A DNA stretch of 64,000 nucleotides from a virus (taxonomy: Duplodnaviria; Caudoviricetes), in IMG/VR virus record IMGVR_UViG_3300007622_000004, positions 1,462 through 65,461 of that record. The stretch is one strand, 5' to 3'. Below are positions 55,134-64,000 of this stretch, one piece after another. The notes below the pieces were generated by a model. It was given only the letters and a program-made list of their open reading frames with translations, had not been told where the DNA came from and ran no database searches. The translations under genes and the position numbers were made by a program. The first letter of the stretch is position 1. Each line of letters starts with the position of its first letter.

Positions 55134-55775
55134 TTACCAGCTGTCTTTAACTTCGCCTGTGGTTAAAAATGCTTGCTGTTGCTCGTATGGCAAAAGCTTG
55201 TATACCGAATCAAGTTGATGAAATGGCATATCCTTAATTGCTTGAGTTTCAGGTGATGTTTCAAGTGGGATCAAACTATAGTTTGTGTCCGAAGCACCTG
55301 TGCCTGTTCTAGAATACTTATAGAATCTGTCAGTAATTGTGCCAAATTCTTTAGCGTATTCAAGTAATGTAAGACCAATATGGCGTTGATTAAATGTTGT
55401 ATCCAACACTCTTGGCTCCCATACACCTGGCTCTATTTCAACTGCAATATTGATAAGCAGATGTGGCTTTGGCCTCCACGCTTTATCAACTACAGATTGC
55501 TCAGTTGCCCAACAACGATAATTGAACTTTTCCATTCCCGAAGTTGAAGCAACTTTCCATTTCCAATTGACTACCGAAGTAACCACCGGAACAGTGATGC
55601 CTGTACCGGTTTCAGAATTGTAATTCTTAGAATCTTCTGTCAACTCTTGGCGAAATCTAATTCTATAAGATTGCCCAGCGTTAACTGTGAAGAATTTCTT
55701 TGCTCCTGACTTTGCTCCTTTATCTCCTACTGCCTTTTCAAGGTCTTTTAATGTTTTAATTGATGTAAATGACAT
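55134..55775 (-). CDS. Single-stranded DNA-binding protein (gp32-like)
   Basis: FFTVNAGQSYRIRF..YKYSRTGTGASDTNYSL; replication cluster. Confidence 0.7.
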   Translation of the reverse strand: MSFTSIKTLKDLEKAVGDKGAKSGAKKFFTVNAGQSYRIRFRQELTEDSKNYNSETGTGITVPVVTSVVNWKWKVASTSGMEKFNYRCWATEQSVVDKAWRPKPHLLINIAVEIEPGVWEPRVLDTTFNQRHIGLTLLEYAKEFGTITDRFYKYSRTGTGASDTNYSLIPLETSPETQAIKDMPFHQLDSVYKLLPYEQQQAFLTTGEVKDSW

Positions 55776-55783
55776 AATGTCTC

Positions 55784-56677
55784 CTATATGATTTTATTTG
55801 CGAATTTTATCGCATTCTGTATTTGTTCTTTATTCATTTCGCCAGGATCTTTCAACCCTTCCGAAACTTTTGCTACGGAAATATTCTTTCCTAAGCATTG
55901 CTCTATGATACCATCCCGCATGGCTTCTCCAGCCATATCGTTGTCAGAAAAAATAATAATTTTGTCAAAATATTTCTTTAACAAACTTATCTGACTTTTA
56001 GGGATTGCGGCACCAAGACTTGATACGACATTACTGAATCCTGCTTGATGAACAAACATTGCATCAATACTGCCTTCTACTATTATAACATCACTGTGTA
56101 GCTTTGCGTTCTGCAAATTAAACAAATAATCTGCTCTCTTAAAACCTTTATTGTACAGATACCTCGGCTGTTGAGTATCAACAACTGCTCTACCTATAAA
56201 CCCAACAAGCTCGTAAGTTGCAGACCTAACAGGGATAACCACTCTATCTTTTTCTTTTGAAAAACCAATTTCAAAATACTTTAATGTTTCTACACTAAGT
56301 CCTCTTTCAATCAAAGTATTTAGCAAATCAATATCTTTTTCATAATCTATTGCTATATCATCAATATTTAAAGAATTATCTACTACATACTCATTTTTGT
56401 ACTTATTTAATTCTTTTTCTAAAGCAGTAACATCTATAAGAGTGCTCTTGCCAAAAGATTTTCCAGTAATGCCAAAATATAGTTGTTTAAAATTACCTTT
56501 CTTAGCACAAGACGGATTAAAGCATTGCCAAAGACCGGTTCTTACATTGATATACATAGCAGCACTATTGCTATTTTTATGAAATGGACAAAATACATTT
56601 ATTTCATCACTAGTGCTAGAGCTAATATATATATTGTGATTTAGAAATAAATCTTTAATTTCTTTTTCAAGATTCAT
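55784..56677 (-). CDS. dnaG: DNA primase
   Basis: CPFH..C..C zinc finger, GFIGR, TOPRIM VEGSIDA..DNDMAG..KDPGE. Confidence 0.9.
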   Translation of the reverse strand: MNLEKEIKDLFLNHNIYISSSTSDEINVFCPFHKNSNSAAMYINVRTGLWQCFNPSCAKKGNFKQLYFGITGKSFGKSTLIDVTALEKELNKYKNEYVVDNSLNIDDIAIDYEKDIDLLNTLIERGLSVETLKYFEIGFSKEKDRVVIPVRSATYELVGFIGRAVVDTQQPRYLYNKGFKRADYLFNLQNAKLHSDVIIVEGSIDAMFVHQAGFSNVVSSLGAAIPKSQISLLKKYFDKIIIFSDNDMAGEAMRDGIIEQCLGKNISVAKVSEGLKDPGEMNKEQIQNAIKFANKII

Positions 56678-56843
56678 AAAAATCTAAAGAAAATGAATAC
56701 GTTTGAGTATCTTTATCATAATCAGTAATTAATTTAGTTTTACCAATATAGCCATACTTCGCCCTGGCTTCGTCTTCCAACCAAGGTCTTAGCTTATTAA
56801 TTGTTTCAATGTCGGCTGCTTGCCCCGAAATAACTTTAGACAT
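56667..56843 (-). CDS. Hypothetical protein
   Basis: MSKVISGQAADIETI..., between helicase and primase. Confidence 0.65.
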   Translation of the reverse strand: MSKVISGQAADIETINKLRPWLEDEARAKYGYIGKTKLITDYDKDTQTYSFSLDFYES

Positions 56844-58057
56844 TAGATATCCCACTCCTCTTCCCATTTGCCTGTTTCCAAGTTCCATCTTAAATAAAAA
56901 CCAAATTGCGTTGCTCTTCTAACTTTTCTAGACACAACTTGAAACAAATCAGAATTGGGCTCTCTATGAATCGCTAACACAAGGTCGGCATCATAAGCCA
57001 ATTGTTTACTCCAAGCAACTTCTTCTAACTCTGGTGGTCTTTCAGAATGCCCCTCTGACATTGTTACTGCGGCAACATCTATGATCGGAATAGAGTTTCG
57101 CACAGCAATTCTCTTAAAAGCCTTAGAAAGGTTCTTGGCTTTTTCAGTTTCTGTTTTTGACCCAGAACTATCATCAAACAACCCGTGATAATCCAAAATT
57201 ACCATGTCCGGATGGTATTGATCAATTTTTGCTTGCACCATGTTTTGGTCTGCCGTTTCAACACCTTCGGAAGTGATCAAATAAATTGGTTGCTTACCAG
57301 CAAATGTTGCATCAGCCCATTTCTCGTAAGTGTCAAGAATATTTGCGTTTGCTTTTATCAAATCAGTGTTTGTAAAATGACCTTCGCCATTGTTTAACAA
57401 AGTGTCTAATCTCTGACCTTCTTGTTGCTTATTCATTTCCAATGAAATAATCATTGGCCTGTAGCCAGCTTTCCAAGCATTAACAGCGAATAATCTTGCA
57501 ATAAAAGATTTACCAACACCAGTCCACCCTAAAAGAACCACAAAATCCCCAGCTTGCCAACCACCAAAAACTTTGTCAATAACTTTTATACCACTAGGGA
57601 TACCTTGGATTTCTTTGTGATTTTTAGATCTTTCAGTTAAATCATCAAACCTTTCTCGCCAATCGCCAACCAAATCGGTATCTTTTAAACTAGAAGCAAA
57701 CTTATAAACCTTAGAAGTTTCTTCCATCAAATAAGACAACGCTTCCCTAGGTCCAAGCTCAGAAATTAGATTGTGCGCTTTAGAAACAATACTGCGAGTT
57801 TGATACGACAAGGATTCTCTTTTGGCTTCATCTATGTAATACTCAAGAGGCTCGGGGGTAGCGATGAATTCAAAGTCAGGATAGTGCTGTTTAATCGTTT
57901 CCTTAGACGGGACCTTCTTGTGTGTATCGTGATGATTTACAACAAAATTCCAAATATCACGGTACTCTTTAAAAACATTCTCAACACCACCATTGACCGC
58001 AGAAACATAATTGTTTGTTTCAACAATGCTATTGATCAACCTAATTTCGTAGTTCAC
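56843..58057 (-). CDS. dnaB: DnaB-like replicative helicase
   Basis: GWTGVGKS Walker A, ISLEM, ILDY, WSKQLAYDADLV. Confidence 0.9.
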   Translation of the reverse strand: MNYEIRLINSIVETNNYVSAVNGGVENVFKEYRDIWNFVVNHHDTHKKVPSKETIKQHYPDFEFIATPEPLEYYIDEAKRESLSYQTRSIVSKAHNLISELGPREALSYLMEETSKVYKFASSLKDTDLVGDWRERFDDLTERSKNHKEIQGIPSGIKVIDKVFGGWQAGDFVVLLGWTGVGKSFIARLFAVNAWKAGYRPMIISLEMNKQQEGQRLDTLLNNGEGHFTNTDLIKANANILDTYEKWADATFAGKQPIYLITSEGVETADQNMVQAKIDQYHPDMVILDYHGLFDDSSGSKTETEKAKNLSKAFKRIAVRNSIPIIDVAAVTMSEGHSERPPELEEVAWSKQLAYDADLVLAIHREPNSDLFQVVSRKVRRATQFGFYLRWNLETGKWEEEWDI

Positions 58058-58359
58058 TCTAACTCCATTCGTAGTTTGGTTTGCTTGACAACATCTTTGA
58101 ATTTCTCAGATGACTTAGAGTCAAATTGAATTTTATCAGCATAAGTTTTGGATTGAATAGCAAAATCAAAAATAATAAAAGGACCATTGTTTGATTTGAT
58201 AAACAAATCGCAAGCCTTTAACAAAATTTCAGAATTATAAAATTTAGCTAGAGCTTCAGCAACTGCTTCTTGACGTGGTGAATCTGGGATAAATAACTTA
58301 TTTCGCTTTTCGCAACAATTCTTGAAGTGTTCTATCAGTTCTTGACCAGTTAGAGTCAT
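58054..58359 (-). CDS. Hypothetical protein
   Basis: Coupled upstream of helicase. Confidence 0.65.
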   Translation of the reverse strand: MTLTGQELIEHFKNCCEKRNKLFIPDSPRQEAVAEALAKFYNSEILLKACDLFIKSNNGPFIIFDFAIQSKTYADKIQFDSKSSEKFKDVVKQTKLRMELE

Positions 58360-58588
58360 TTTTTTTCTTCGCTTTCTTCCAAGTTATTAGTTTATAATCA
58401 TACTCTGATATACCGGCGTTAACGCCATAAAAGTTTCCCATCAAAGCTGCAGAAATACACTCTTTCCTAACTGTGCACTTTTTACATACAGATTTGGCAT
58501 ATTGAATATCATCAATATTGTAAGAAAACCATTTCTCACTATTTTTGTCATTTGAACAGAGAGCTAGTTCTCTCCAGTTTTTTTTCAT
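58298..58588 (-). CDS. whiB: Second WhiB-family protein (divergent)
   Basis: WRELALC..WFS..AKSVCKKCTVRKEC..YGVNAG. Confidence 0.8.
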   Translation of the reverse strand: MKKNWRELALCSNDKNSEKWFSYNIDDIQYAKSVCKKCTVRKECISAALMGNFYGVNAGISEYDYKLITWKKAKKKNDSNWSRTDRTLQELLRKAK

Positions 58589-58797
58589 TACTGCTTTTCA
58601 GCGTCAAGTTCTTGCAACTTTGATTCAATTTGAGCATCAACAGATTGCCATAACTTCTTCCAAGCCTCTTCATCTTCAATAGATAGGCATGTCATTTTGG
58701 CACCAGCGTCAAGGCGTAATGATTCGTAATTACCAAGATTTTTGGTAATACCAATTGAAGCCCACACTTCTACTTTGTTATCATTTACTTTTGTCAT
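58588..58797 (-). CDS. Conserved small phage protein
   Basis: GITKNLGNYESLRLD. Confidence 0.72.
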   Translation of the reverse strand: MTKVNDNKVEVWASIGITKNLGNYESLRLDAGAKMTCLSIEDEEAWKKLWQSVDAQIESKLQELDAEKQ

Positions 58798-58798
58798 A

Positions 58799-59230
58799 TT
58801 AATTTCTCCTCAGTTTAACTTGTTGTTCAATGGATATTATTCTTTGCTTTACTGTCTTATTATTAATAGGCCTTCCTGGGATTCTCCCAGAAAAGAAAGC
58901 TACCATATCATACACATCCTGTGTATCATAGTATCTCCAATTTTTATAACTTACACACTTATCACCAAATTTTTTACTTTGCGGTATTAAATTATTTTTC
59001 TCATACTTCCGAATAGTGTCTGATCTTTTGTTAACAATCTTAGACACTTCCCCAATAGTATATATCCTGTGCAGAACCAAATCGGCTTGTTCAAATGGCA
59101 TACTTGATTGCTCCATGTTTGACAAATTTACCAACACCAATTTGTTTTGAGATTTTAAAATTTTTACAATCTTAACAATATCATTACCAAATTTATAAAA
59201 TTTGTTAGAAATTATTTTATTTGTAATCAT
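58799..59230 (-). CDS. MerR-like HTH protein
   Basis: YTIGEVSKIVNKRSDTIRKYEKNNLIP..WRYY. Confidence 0.78.
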   Translation of the reverse strand: MITNKIISNKFYKFGNDIVKIVKILKSQNKLVLVNLSNMEQSSMPFEQADLVLHRIYTIGEVSKIVNKRSDTIRKYEKNNLIPQSKKFGDKCVSYKNWRYYDTQDVYDMVAFFSGRIPGRPINNKTVKQRIISIEQQVKLRRN

Positions 59231-59236
59231 AGAAAT

Positions 59237-59467
59237 TTACTCTTTCTGTTTAGAATAATTCTGAGCAGGGTTAGACCCATTAATTTGTTTAAAACCTAAA
59301 GCACCCAATATCCTATTTATCTTCCTCAATTCAACATCTGCGCTATGAGAACACCTGATACAGGTAATGTCAACCCAATATCTTTGCATAGCGTAATACG
59401 GATCTCCGACATACTTCAAACCTCCGCATTTTGAACAACGAAAATTATTTAATATTTTAACTTTCAT
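59237..59467 (-). CDS. Zn-ribbon protein
   Basis: CSKCGG..CIRC. Confidence 0.7.
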   Translation of the reverse strand: MKVKILNNFRCSKCGGLKYVGDPYYAMQRYWVDITCIRCSHSADVELRKINRILGALGFKQINGSNPAQNYSKQKE

Positions 59468-60534
59468 TTAGCAAAATACTCCTTGTCTTTGTAGATTGCC
59501 CATCCGTTATATATTGGCGTAACCTCATAAAAGAATTTATGCTGTCCTGTTGTTTCGTATGTAACGATACCAACACCTTGTTGCCAATTCTCATACCTAA
59601 CAAGCGGTCTACCGTCAAGGTCAACACCGCCTTTAGTTGAAGGCACTGCGCCATCAATTCTTGCCAAGCATCCAGGAGATGCTGCCATAGTTGTGCGAGA
59701 GCCATCAAAGTCCTCACGAGTTTTAAATGCGGTTTCAATACGATGAATGTGTCCGTAGATCACACTAGTCTTTTCGCTATTTAAATAAATATGAGCTGTT
59801 GAACCTGAAGATTTAACTCTATCTCCGTGAATAATTCTTAATTTTTCATTAATCCAAAAATCAGAAGCCGGATAACCTGGTCTGTACTCTACTCCGAAAT
59901 CATCCATGCGAGCAAGATATGGAACAGTTAATACCGGCCAAGAATCGGGAGTATTTCCTTTACGAATTCCATACGCTGCAACAGCATTTACTAACAAATA
60001 TTTCGGCATTCGCTCTTCGTGATTACCAGCAAGCCAAACTATTTTTGCTGACGGAGCAGCCTCTCTGAGTTGAGCACAAAATGTTGTTGCCCGATCAATT
60101 GAAGCCTGCATAGTTTGCTGATACGCAGGTGTTGTTATATATTTTCCTAAAGTTGGAAAATCCAAATTATCACCAACGCAAACCACTGAATCTGGCTTTA
60201 CATCACGAACAATTGCAAGCATAATCTCAATTGCTTTCTCATCATGAGTCGGCTCTAGCTTCCCATCACGACCTCTGTAATAACCAATTTGAGCGTCTGG
60301 GACAACTACGCATTTTTTATATTTTGCAGTTTTCTTTGCAACACTTCTTGGCTTTGGCAAGCGGATAGCAGGACCTTGATTAACAACAGGCCATAGCGGA
60401 CCACGAGATTCCCTTCTCACTCTGCAAATACCGTCTTTATCTAAAGTTTTGCGACAACTATTGTCTGCATATCTTTGATTTGCCGTTTTTGGTTCAAACT
60501 TGTAATTACAACCAGTACCTTCGCATTGCTTCAT
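59464..60534 (-). CDS. Calcineurin-like metallophosphoesterase with N-terminal Zn finger
   Basis: PDAQ, GDNLD, GNHE, IHG, GHIH motifs. Confidence 0.85.
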   Translation of the reverse strand: MKQCEGTGCNYKFEPKTANQRYADNSCRKTLDKDGICRVRRESRGPLWPVVNQGPAIRLPKPRSVAKKTAKYKKCVVVPDAQIGYYRGRDGKLEPTHDEKAIEIMLAIVRDVKPDSVVCVGDNLDFPTLGKYITTPAYQQTMQASIDRATTFCAQLREAAPSAKIVWLAGNHEERMPKYLLVNAVAAYGIRKGNTPDSWPVLTVPYLARMDDFGVEYRPGYPASDFWINEKLRIIHGDRVKSSGSTAHIYLNSEKTSVIYGHIHRIETAFKTREDFDGSRTTMAASPGCLARIDGAVPSTKGGVDLDGRPLVRYENWQQGVGIVTYETTGQHKFFYEVTPIYNGWAIYKDKEYFAK

Positions 60535-60596
60535 ATAGCTCCTATCGGTTAGAGTTACATATTATCATATGGAAAGAGCAGTTTGCCCTTTAATGT

Positions 60597-61016
60597 TTAA
60601 ATATTAATATTTTTATTTTTAACGCTGTCCCTGATGTCTTTGTTTCTTTTTTTCATAGTTTGGCGCATTTTTTCCCGATGCTCAGCAGTTGGCTTTCGGC
60701 CTTCTCTATGGAGAGCGCTATGCTCGGAGTGAGTGCATAAAAATAAATTATTTAAACGATTATCGCTTTTTATTTCATTTATATGATGAACAGTTTCCCA
60801 AGGTTGAACATGGCGATTCAAGTATTTTTCAAAAACAGCACGATGCTCATAAACATAACCTTTAATATTAAATGGGTGATTTTGATCTAAAATTCTAACG
60901 TATCCTTTATCGTCAACATATTTACCGCCACCATAATTAGGGTTGTTTTCTCCGCTAATAGATCTTAAAGCCCAATCAACATCTTCTCTTTTTGATGCCA
61001 AAACTCTTTTTACCAC
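60597..61016 (-). CDS. HNH endonuclease (free-standing, homing-type)
   Basis: YEHRAV..VHHINEIKSDNRLNNL..H. Confidence 0.85.
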   Translation of the reverse strand: MVKRVLASKREDVDWALRSISGENNPNYGGGKYVDDKGYVRILDQNHPFNIKGYVYEHRAVFEKYLNRHVQPWETVHHINEIKSDNRLNNLFLCTHSEHSALHREGRKPTAEHREKMRQTMKKRNKDIRDSVKNKNINI

Positions 61017-61675
61017 TAAGAGCCTGCGCCAATATCCTCAACAAAAAGTTGCAATTTTTTAATAGCCGTAGCCCCTACGCTAACAGTTGGCGCATTTGTT
61101 GCACCAGATACAAAAGTTCTTTTTACCACAACCGAAAATGATTGTTGAGATAAACCACCGCCACTTGTTGCCACTGCCGAGTATGTACCTGCCCCAATTG
61201 TTGTCGTCTGACTCTTATATGATTGCTCACTGGCTAAAATGTTAGCATTACTTGTAACGTTGTAAAACGCATGAGGAGGTGGAGTCATGTCCCATTGCAT
61301 AATAGGGCTAGCCGCATCAAACCCAGACGCTACTTGATAAATTTTTAAACTTAAAACTGAATCTTCAGCTCCCTTGTTTAATATCTCAAACCCAGGGAAA
61401 ACGCAGGTAACGCGATAATATCTATCGGCAGGGATAGTGATTCTTTGATCAGAACCGCCATTAGGGTTAGTCAATTGAATAACTAAAGAGTTTGTAGCAA
61501 CAACATTAGCAACAAGGCCTGAAGTAGTAGACTGAACTAGCTGGAGAATGCCCGAAGGTTTTCTATCGTTAGCATCCCTAATTTGCTCCATGTTCATAGA
61601 CATCTGAGCTAGTCTTTCACCAGTTAAAGGAGTGCCATCAGACCAAGACACAAAGGAGTAGTTTTCGTAAGCCAT
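61016..61675 (-). CDS. Probable virion structural protein, leaderless
   Basis: SWSDGTPLTGERLAQM N-terminus, beta-rich; TATAAT-N6-ATG. Confidence 0.6.
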   Translation of the reverse strand: MAYENYSFVSWSDGTPLTGERLAQMSMNMEQIRDANDRKPSGILQLVQSTTSGLVANVVATNSLVIQLTNPNGGSDQRITIPADRYYRVTCVFPGFEILNKGAEDSVLSLKIYQVASGFDAASPIMQWDMTPPPHAFYNVTSNANILASEQSYKSQTTTIGAGTYSAVATSGGGLSQQSFSVVVKRTFVSGATNAPTVSVGATAIKKLQLFVEDIGAGS

Positions 61676-61692
61676 TTATCTATTATACCTCA

Positions 61693-62247
61693 TTATTTCT
61701 TTGCTCTAATAACATTATCTAAATAAGATGGACCCTCTGTAAAATACCAGTGGTCTGGCTCCGTAAAGAAATAAAATACACATGCGGTCAAATTTGTTCT
61801 AGGGCTAGGAAAATTTTCTCTCCAATGTTCTTGATCGCACCCATGCATGAAAAGAGCTTGATTTTCATTTAAAGTATATGGCTTATTCTCAACCCACAAA
61901 TCCCATGGTTCTTTTTGAAATAAACAATAATCAATGGCATATGTGCAGGCGTTATCATCTTTATGTTTATATAATTTTGCGTTTTCTGTTTGATAAATTA
62001 CTAGTAAATTCCAAGATGGTTTTAATGTATTACTTTTAAATTTTTCCTTAGCCATTGGTAAAAGCAATTCCGAACCTTCATTTAAAATTTCAGTATTTGC
62101 CCACTGGTATCTCCCAAACCCTGGCTCATAAGAAGAGCCATTATCATTGGCCCAAAGATTCATTGCATATTTCTGCAAAGCATTAAAATAAATATCGTCA
62201 AATATATTTGAAACTATAAACGGGTCTTGTAAGATCATATTTACCAT
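61693..62247 (-). CDS. 2OG-Fe(II) oxygenase
   Basis: LYKHKD (HxD), W.L.VE, MHGCDQEHWRE. Confidence 0.78.
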   Translation of the reverse strand: MVNMILQDPFIVSNIFDDIYFNALQKYAMNLWANDNGSSYEPGFGRYQWANTEILNEGSELLLPMAKEKFKSNTLKPSWNLLVIYQTENAKLYKHKDDNACTYAIDYCLFQKEPWDLWVENKPYTLNENQALFMHGCDQEHWRENFPSPRTNLTACVFYFFTEPDHWYFTEGPSYLDNVIRAKK

Positions 62248-62468
62248 TTATTAAGTGGACATGTTGCATTTTGTAATTTTACTTTTGCTGACATAATGCA
62301 ACCACACTCTTTGCATTGTTTTGTTAATTTAATTAATCTATCACAAGACAAACAAACGCTGTATCTCTTATCGGACTCTTCAGCGCTAATTTTTTGCATA
62401 TTTGGATCTAATAAATGCCATGGTCTTGATTGACCTATTCTTTCTTTATATTCAGACCAAGCTGACAT
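62241..62468 (-). CDS. Cys-rich small protein (DUF6171-like)
   Basis: RYSVCLSC..QCKECGC..K..CPLNKW. Confidence 0.75.
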   Translation of the reverse strand: MSAWSEYKERIGQSRPWHLLDPNMQKISAEESDKRYSVCLSCDRLIKLTKQCKECGCIMSAKVKLQNATCPLNKW

Positions 62469-63489
62469 TGGAATCCTCCATATAACTTTCCTTCCACTCT
62501 CGCCACCATAATTTTTTACCTATTGTTATTGTATCATATGAATTCCAAGAAAATGGAGATCCAGTGATTTGATTATCATCACCCATATTTCTCCAATGAT
62601 GAGTATTTTTATTTTTTTGATTTATATTTCTATGTATTAACCCAGAATATGTACTTCCGATAGTTCCAATAAAATCTTGCGAATTGCACATTATTAACAT
62701 ACAAATTAAATCAAAAGAGATTTTACTTGTTATGCTTAATTGCCTAAACTCATTCATAAAATTATCTTTTATTAAATTATCAATATACAAAACTTGCCCA
62801 TCTTCAATGCAGATTTCTGATTTAACATCATCGGTAGAAACTATAATTAATTTATTATTTAATTTTAACAAATCAATTGCTTTATTGTATTCTTCTAATT
62901 TAACTGAATAAATTGTCTGTGCAAAATCAGTTTGCCTTAAATGAATGCCAGCAAATTTACCTATCATAGATGAAATCATATTAGCTAAATCAATATATTC
63001 TTGTTTAAATTTTAATTGTTTTAAATATTTATTAAATAAATTTGTTCTATTATAAAACATTATAGAATAATATGATAAATTATTATTAAAATAATAAAAT
63101 TTATTTTTATCAATTATTAACTTATTCCTTCCTTCAGAAAAATTTTCTACATATACATCACTATCAATTACTGGGATAAATGTATTCATTAAATTCTCTA
63201 TATGATTTTGTTGAGTTGATGGAATTTGAATAATTTGTTTTGAAAAAAATATGTTTTCAAAAGGTGTCATGTCTATAAAATCTGTAATATAATTATTTTT
63301 ATCTTCAAAAGATTCCGACAAACTGTTTAGTCTTCGTACATCATGTATATACATTGGAGTATCAAGAAAATAAGATATGCCAATGGCTGTTTCTAAAGTT
63401 ATTAATTGATTAAACAACCCCCCATTCCATGAACGGAACGCATTATATAAATTTAAATTTATATTGTATTCTCTCCAGGGAGAATTCAT
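62452..63489 (-). CDS. O-fucosyltransferase-like (GT-B) protein
   Basis: GGLFNQ, GIHLRQTDF (RxxD), IVSTD, DLIC..SQDFIGTIGSTYS; start 63489 by ATGA overlap. Confidence 0.75.
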   Translation of the reverse strand: MNSPWREYNINLNLYNAFRSWNGGLFNQLITLETAIGISYFLDTPMYIHDVRRLNSLSESFEDKNNYITDFIDMTPFENIFFSKQIIQIPSTQQNHIENLMNTFIPVIDSDVYVENFSEGRNKLIIDKNKFYYFNNNLSYYSIMFYNRTNLFNKYLKQLKFKQEYIDLANMISSMIGKFAGIHLRQTDFAQTIYSVKLEEYNKAIDLLKLNNKLIIVSTDDVKSEICIEDGQVLYIDNLIKDNFMNEFRQLSITSKISFDLICMLIMCNSQDFIGTIGSTYSGLIHRNINQKNKNTHHWRNMGDDNQITGSPFSWNSYDTITIGKKLWWREWKESYMEDSNVSLV

Positions 63490-63686
63490 TGTGGTGGTGT
63501 AAAAGAATCCCCATTCCAAGCCCAACCGGGGGCAACATTTGGTTGATCCGTTACTTCAATCACCGTAGGATTGCTCGCTAAACCAGCAGCCCATGCAGCA
63601 GCATTGGGCGAAGAAATTTCATCATCAAATTGAACTTGCATAAACACATCACCTTCTGCAATTAAAACAAATCTTCTAGTAGCCAT
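63486..63686 (-). CDS. Small hypothetical (likely virion-associated) protein
   Basis: 66 aa, AGGAG RBS; PGWAWNGDSFTPP. Confidence 0.72.
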   Translation of the reverse strand: MATRRFVLIAEGDVFMQVQFDDEISSPNAAAWAAGLASNPTVIEVTDQPNVAPGWAWNGDSFTPPQ

Positions 63687-63711
63687 ATTTCTCCTTTATT
63701 AAAGTATACCA

Positions 63712-63999
63712 TTAACCAATGCAGTATCCATCATAACAAATAAAGTCTTGTGGGCATGCAGGGGAGCAATTAATAGGAACAGGTACAGGTGTGGGAACAG
63801 GAACAGGAACGGGTGTTGGGACAGGCGTAGGTGTTGGGCCAGGACCAGGGCCTCCATACGGAGTAGGTGTTGGAGTTGGAGTAGGAGTAGGTGTTGGCGT
63901 AGGTGTTGGAGTGGGAGTAGGTGTAGGCGTTGGGGTAGGTGTTGGAGAAGGTGTTGGGGTAGGTGAAGAACCACAGTTAGTAAGGCAAACATTGTTTGC
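63712..63999 (-). CDS. C-terminus of protein with long Pro-Thr linker and Cys-rich tip (5' end outside window)
   Basis: Hand translation ..CLTNCGSS(PT)n YGGPGPG PTPTPVPTPVPVPVPTPVPVP INCSPACPQDFICYDGYCIG*. Confidence 0.8.
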   Translation of the reverse strand, partial: ANNVCLTNCGSSPTPTPSPTPTPTPTPTPTPTPTPTPTPTPTPTPTPYGGPGPGPTPTPVPTPVPVPVPTPVPVPINCSPACPQDFICYDGYCIG

Positions 64000-64000
64000 A

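Noticed and set aside
63699-63992. Alternative-frame ORFs (LQHL repeats; Arg/Cys/Trp repeats)
   Set aside because: Off-frame and antisense readings of the Pro-Thr repeat; the PT frame ends in a sensible Cys domain and stop.
1-64000. Stop-codon reassignment, inteins, introns or a diversity-generating retroelement
   Set aside because: Core genes are full length under the standard code with all three stops used. RNR, TerL, DnaE and helicase have normal lengths with no intein motifs seen. No reverse transcriptase or TR/VR pair was found.

Overview
64 kb segment of a large, AT-rich tailed dsDNA phage genome. The host is probably actinobacterial: two WhiB genes and several -10/leaderless ATG starts support this. 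Layout: (1) 1-8.1 kb, leftward head module (major capsid, prohead protease/scaffold, portal), class II ribonucleotide reductase and a GT4. (2) 8.3-14.6 kb, rightward accessory genes (composite head-associated protein, DUF1599-like, AdoMetDC-like, HEXXH protein with histone-like tail, 2OG-Fe(II) oxygenase). (3) 15.0-20.0 kb, a tandem array of nine (plus one decayed) one- or two-gene expression cassettes, each with a ~200 bp conserved fixed-geometry leader (37-nt G.T-containing hairpin with covariation, TTGAGT-N20-TATAGT promoter), unrelated small ORF(s) and a reused terminator. This is the most unusual element in the window. (4) 20.8-40.4 kb, a leftward block of ~50 small early-type genes with tRNA-Arg, a candidate structured RNA, a lytic transglycosylase, a permuted GHKL ATPase and WhiB. 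(5) 41-64 kb, leftward terminase, recombination, glycosyltransferase, replication (DnaE, primase, helicase, SSB) and virion/glycosylation genes, with tRNA-CAT. No CRISPR array, integrase, reverse transcriptase or intein was seen. Family names are recognised from motifs by eye, not from database searches.
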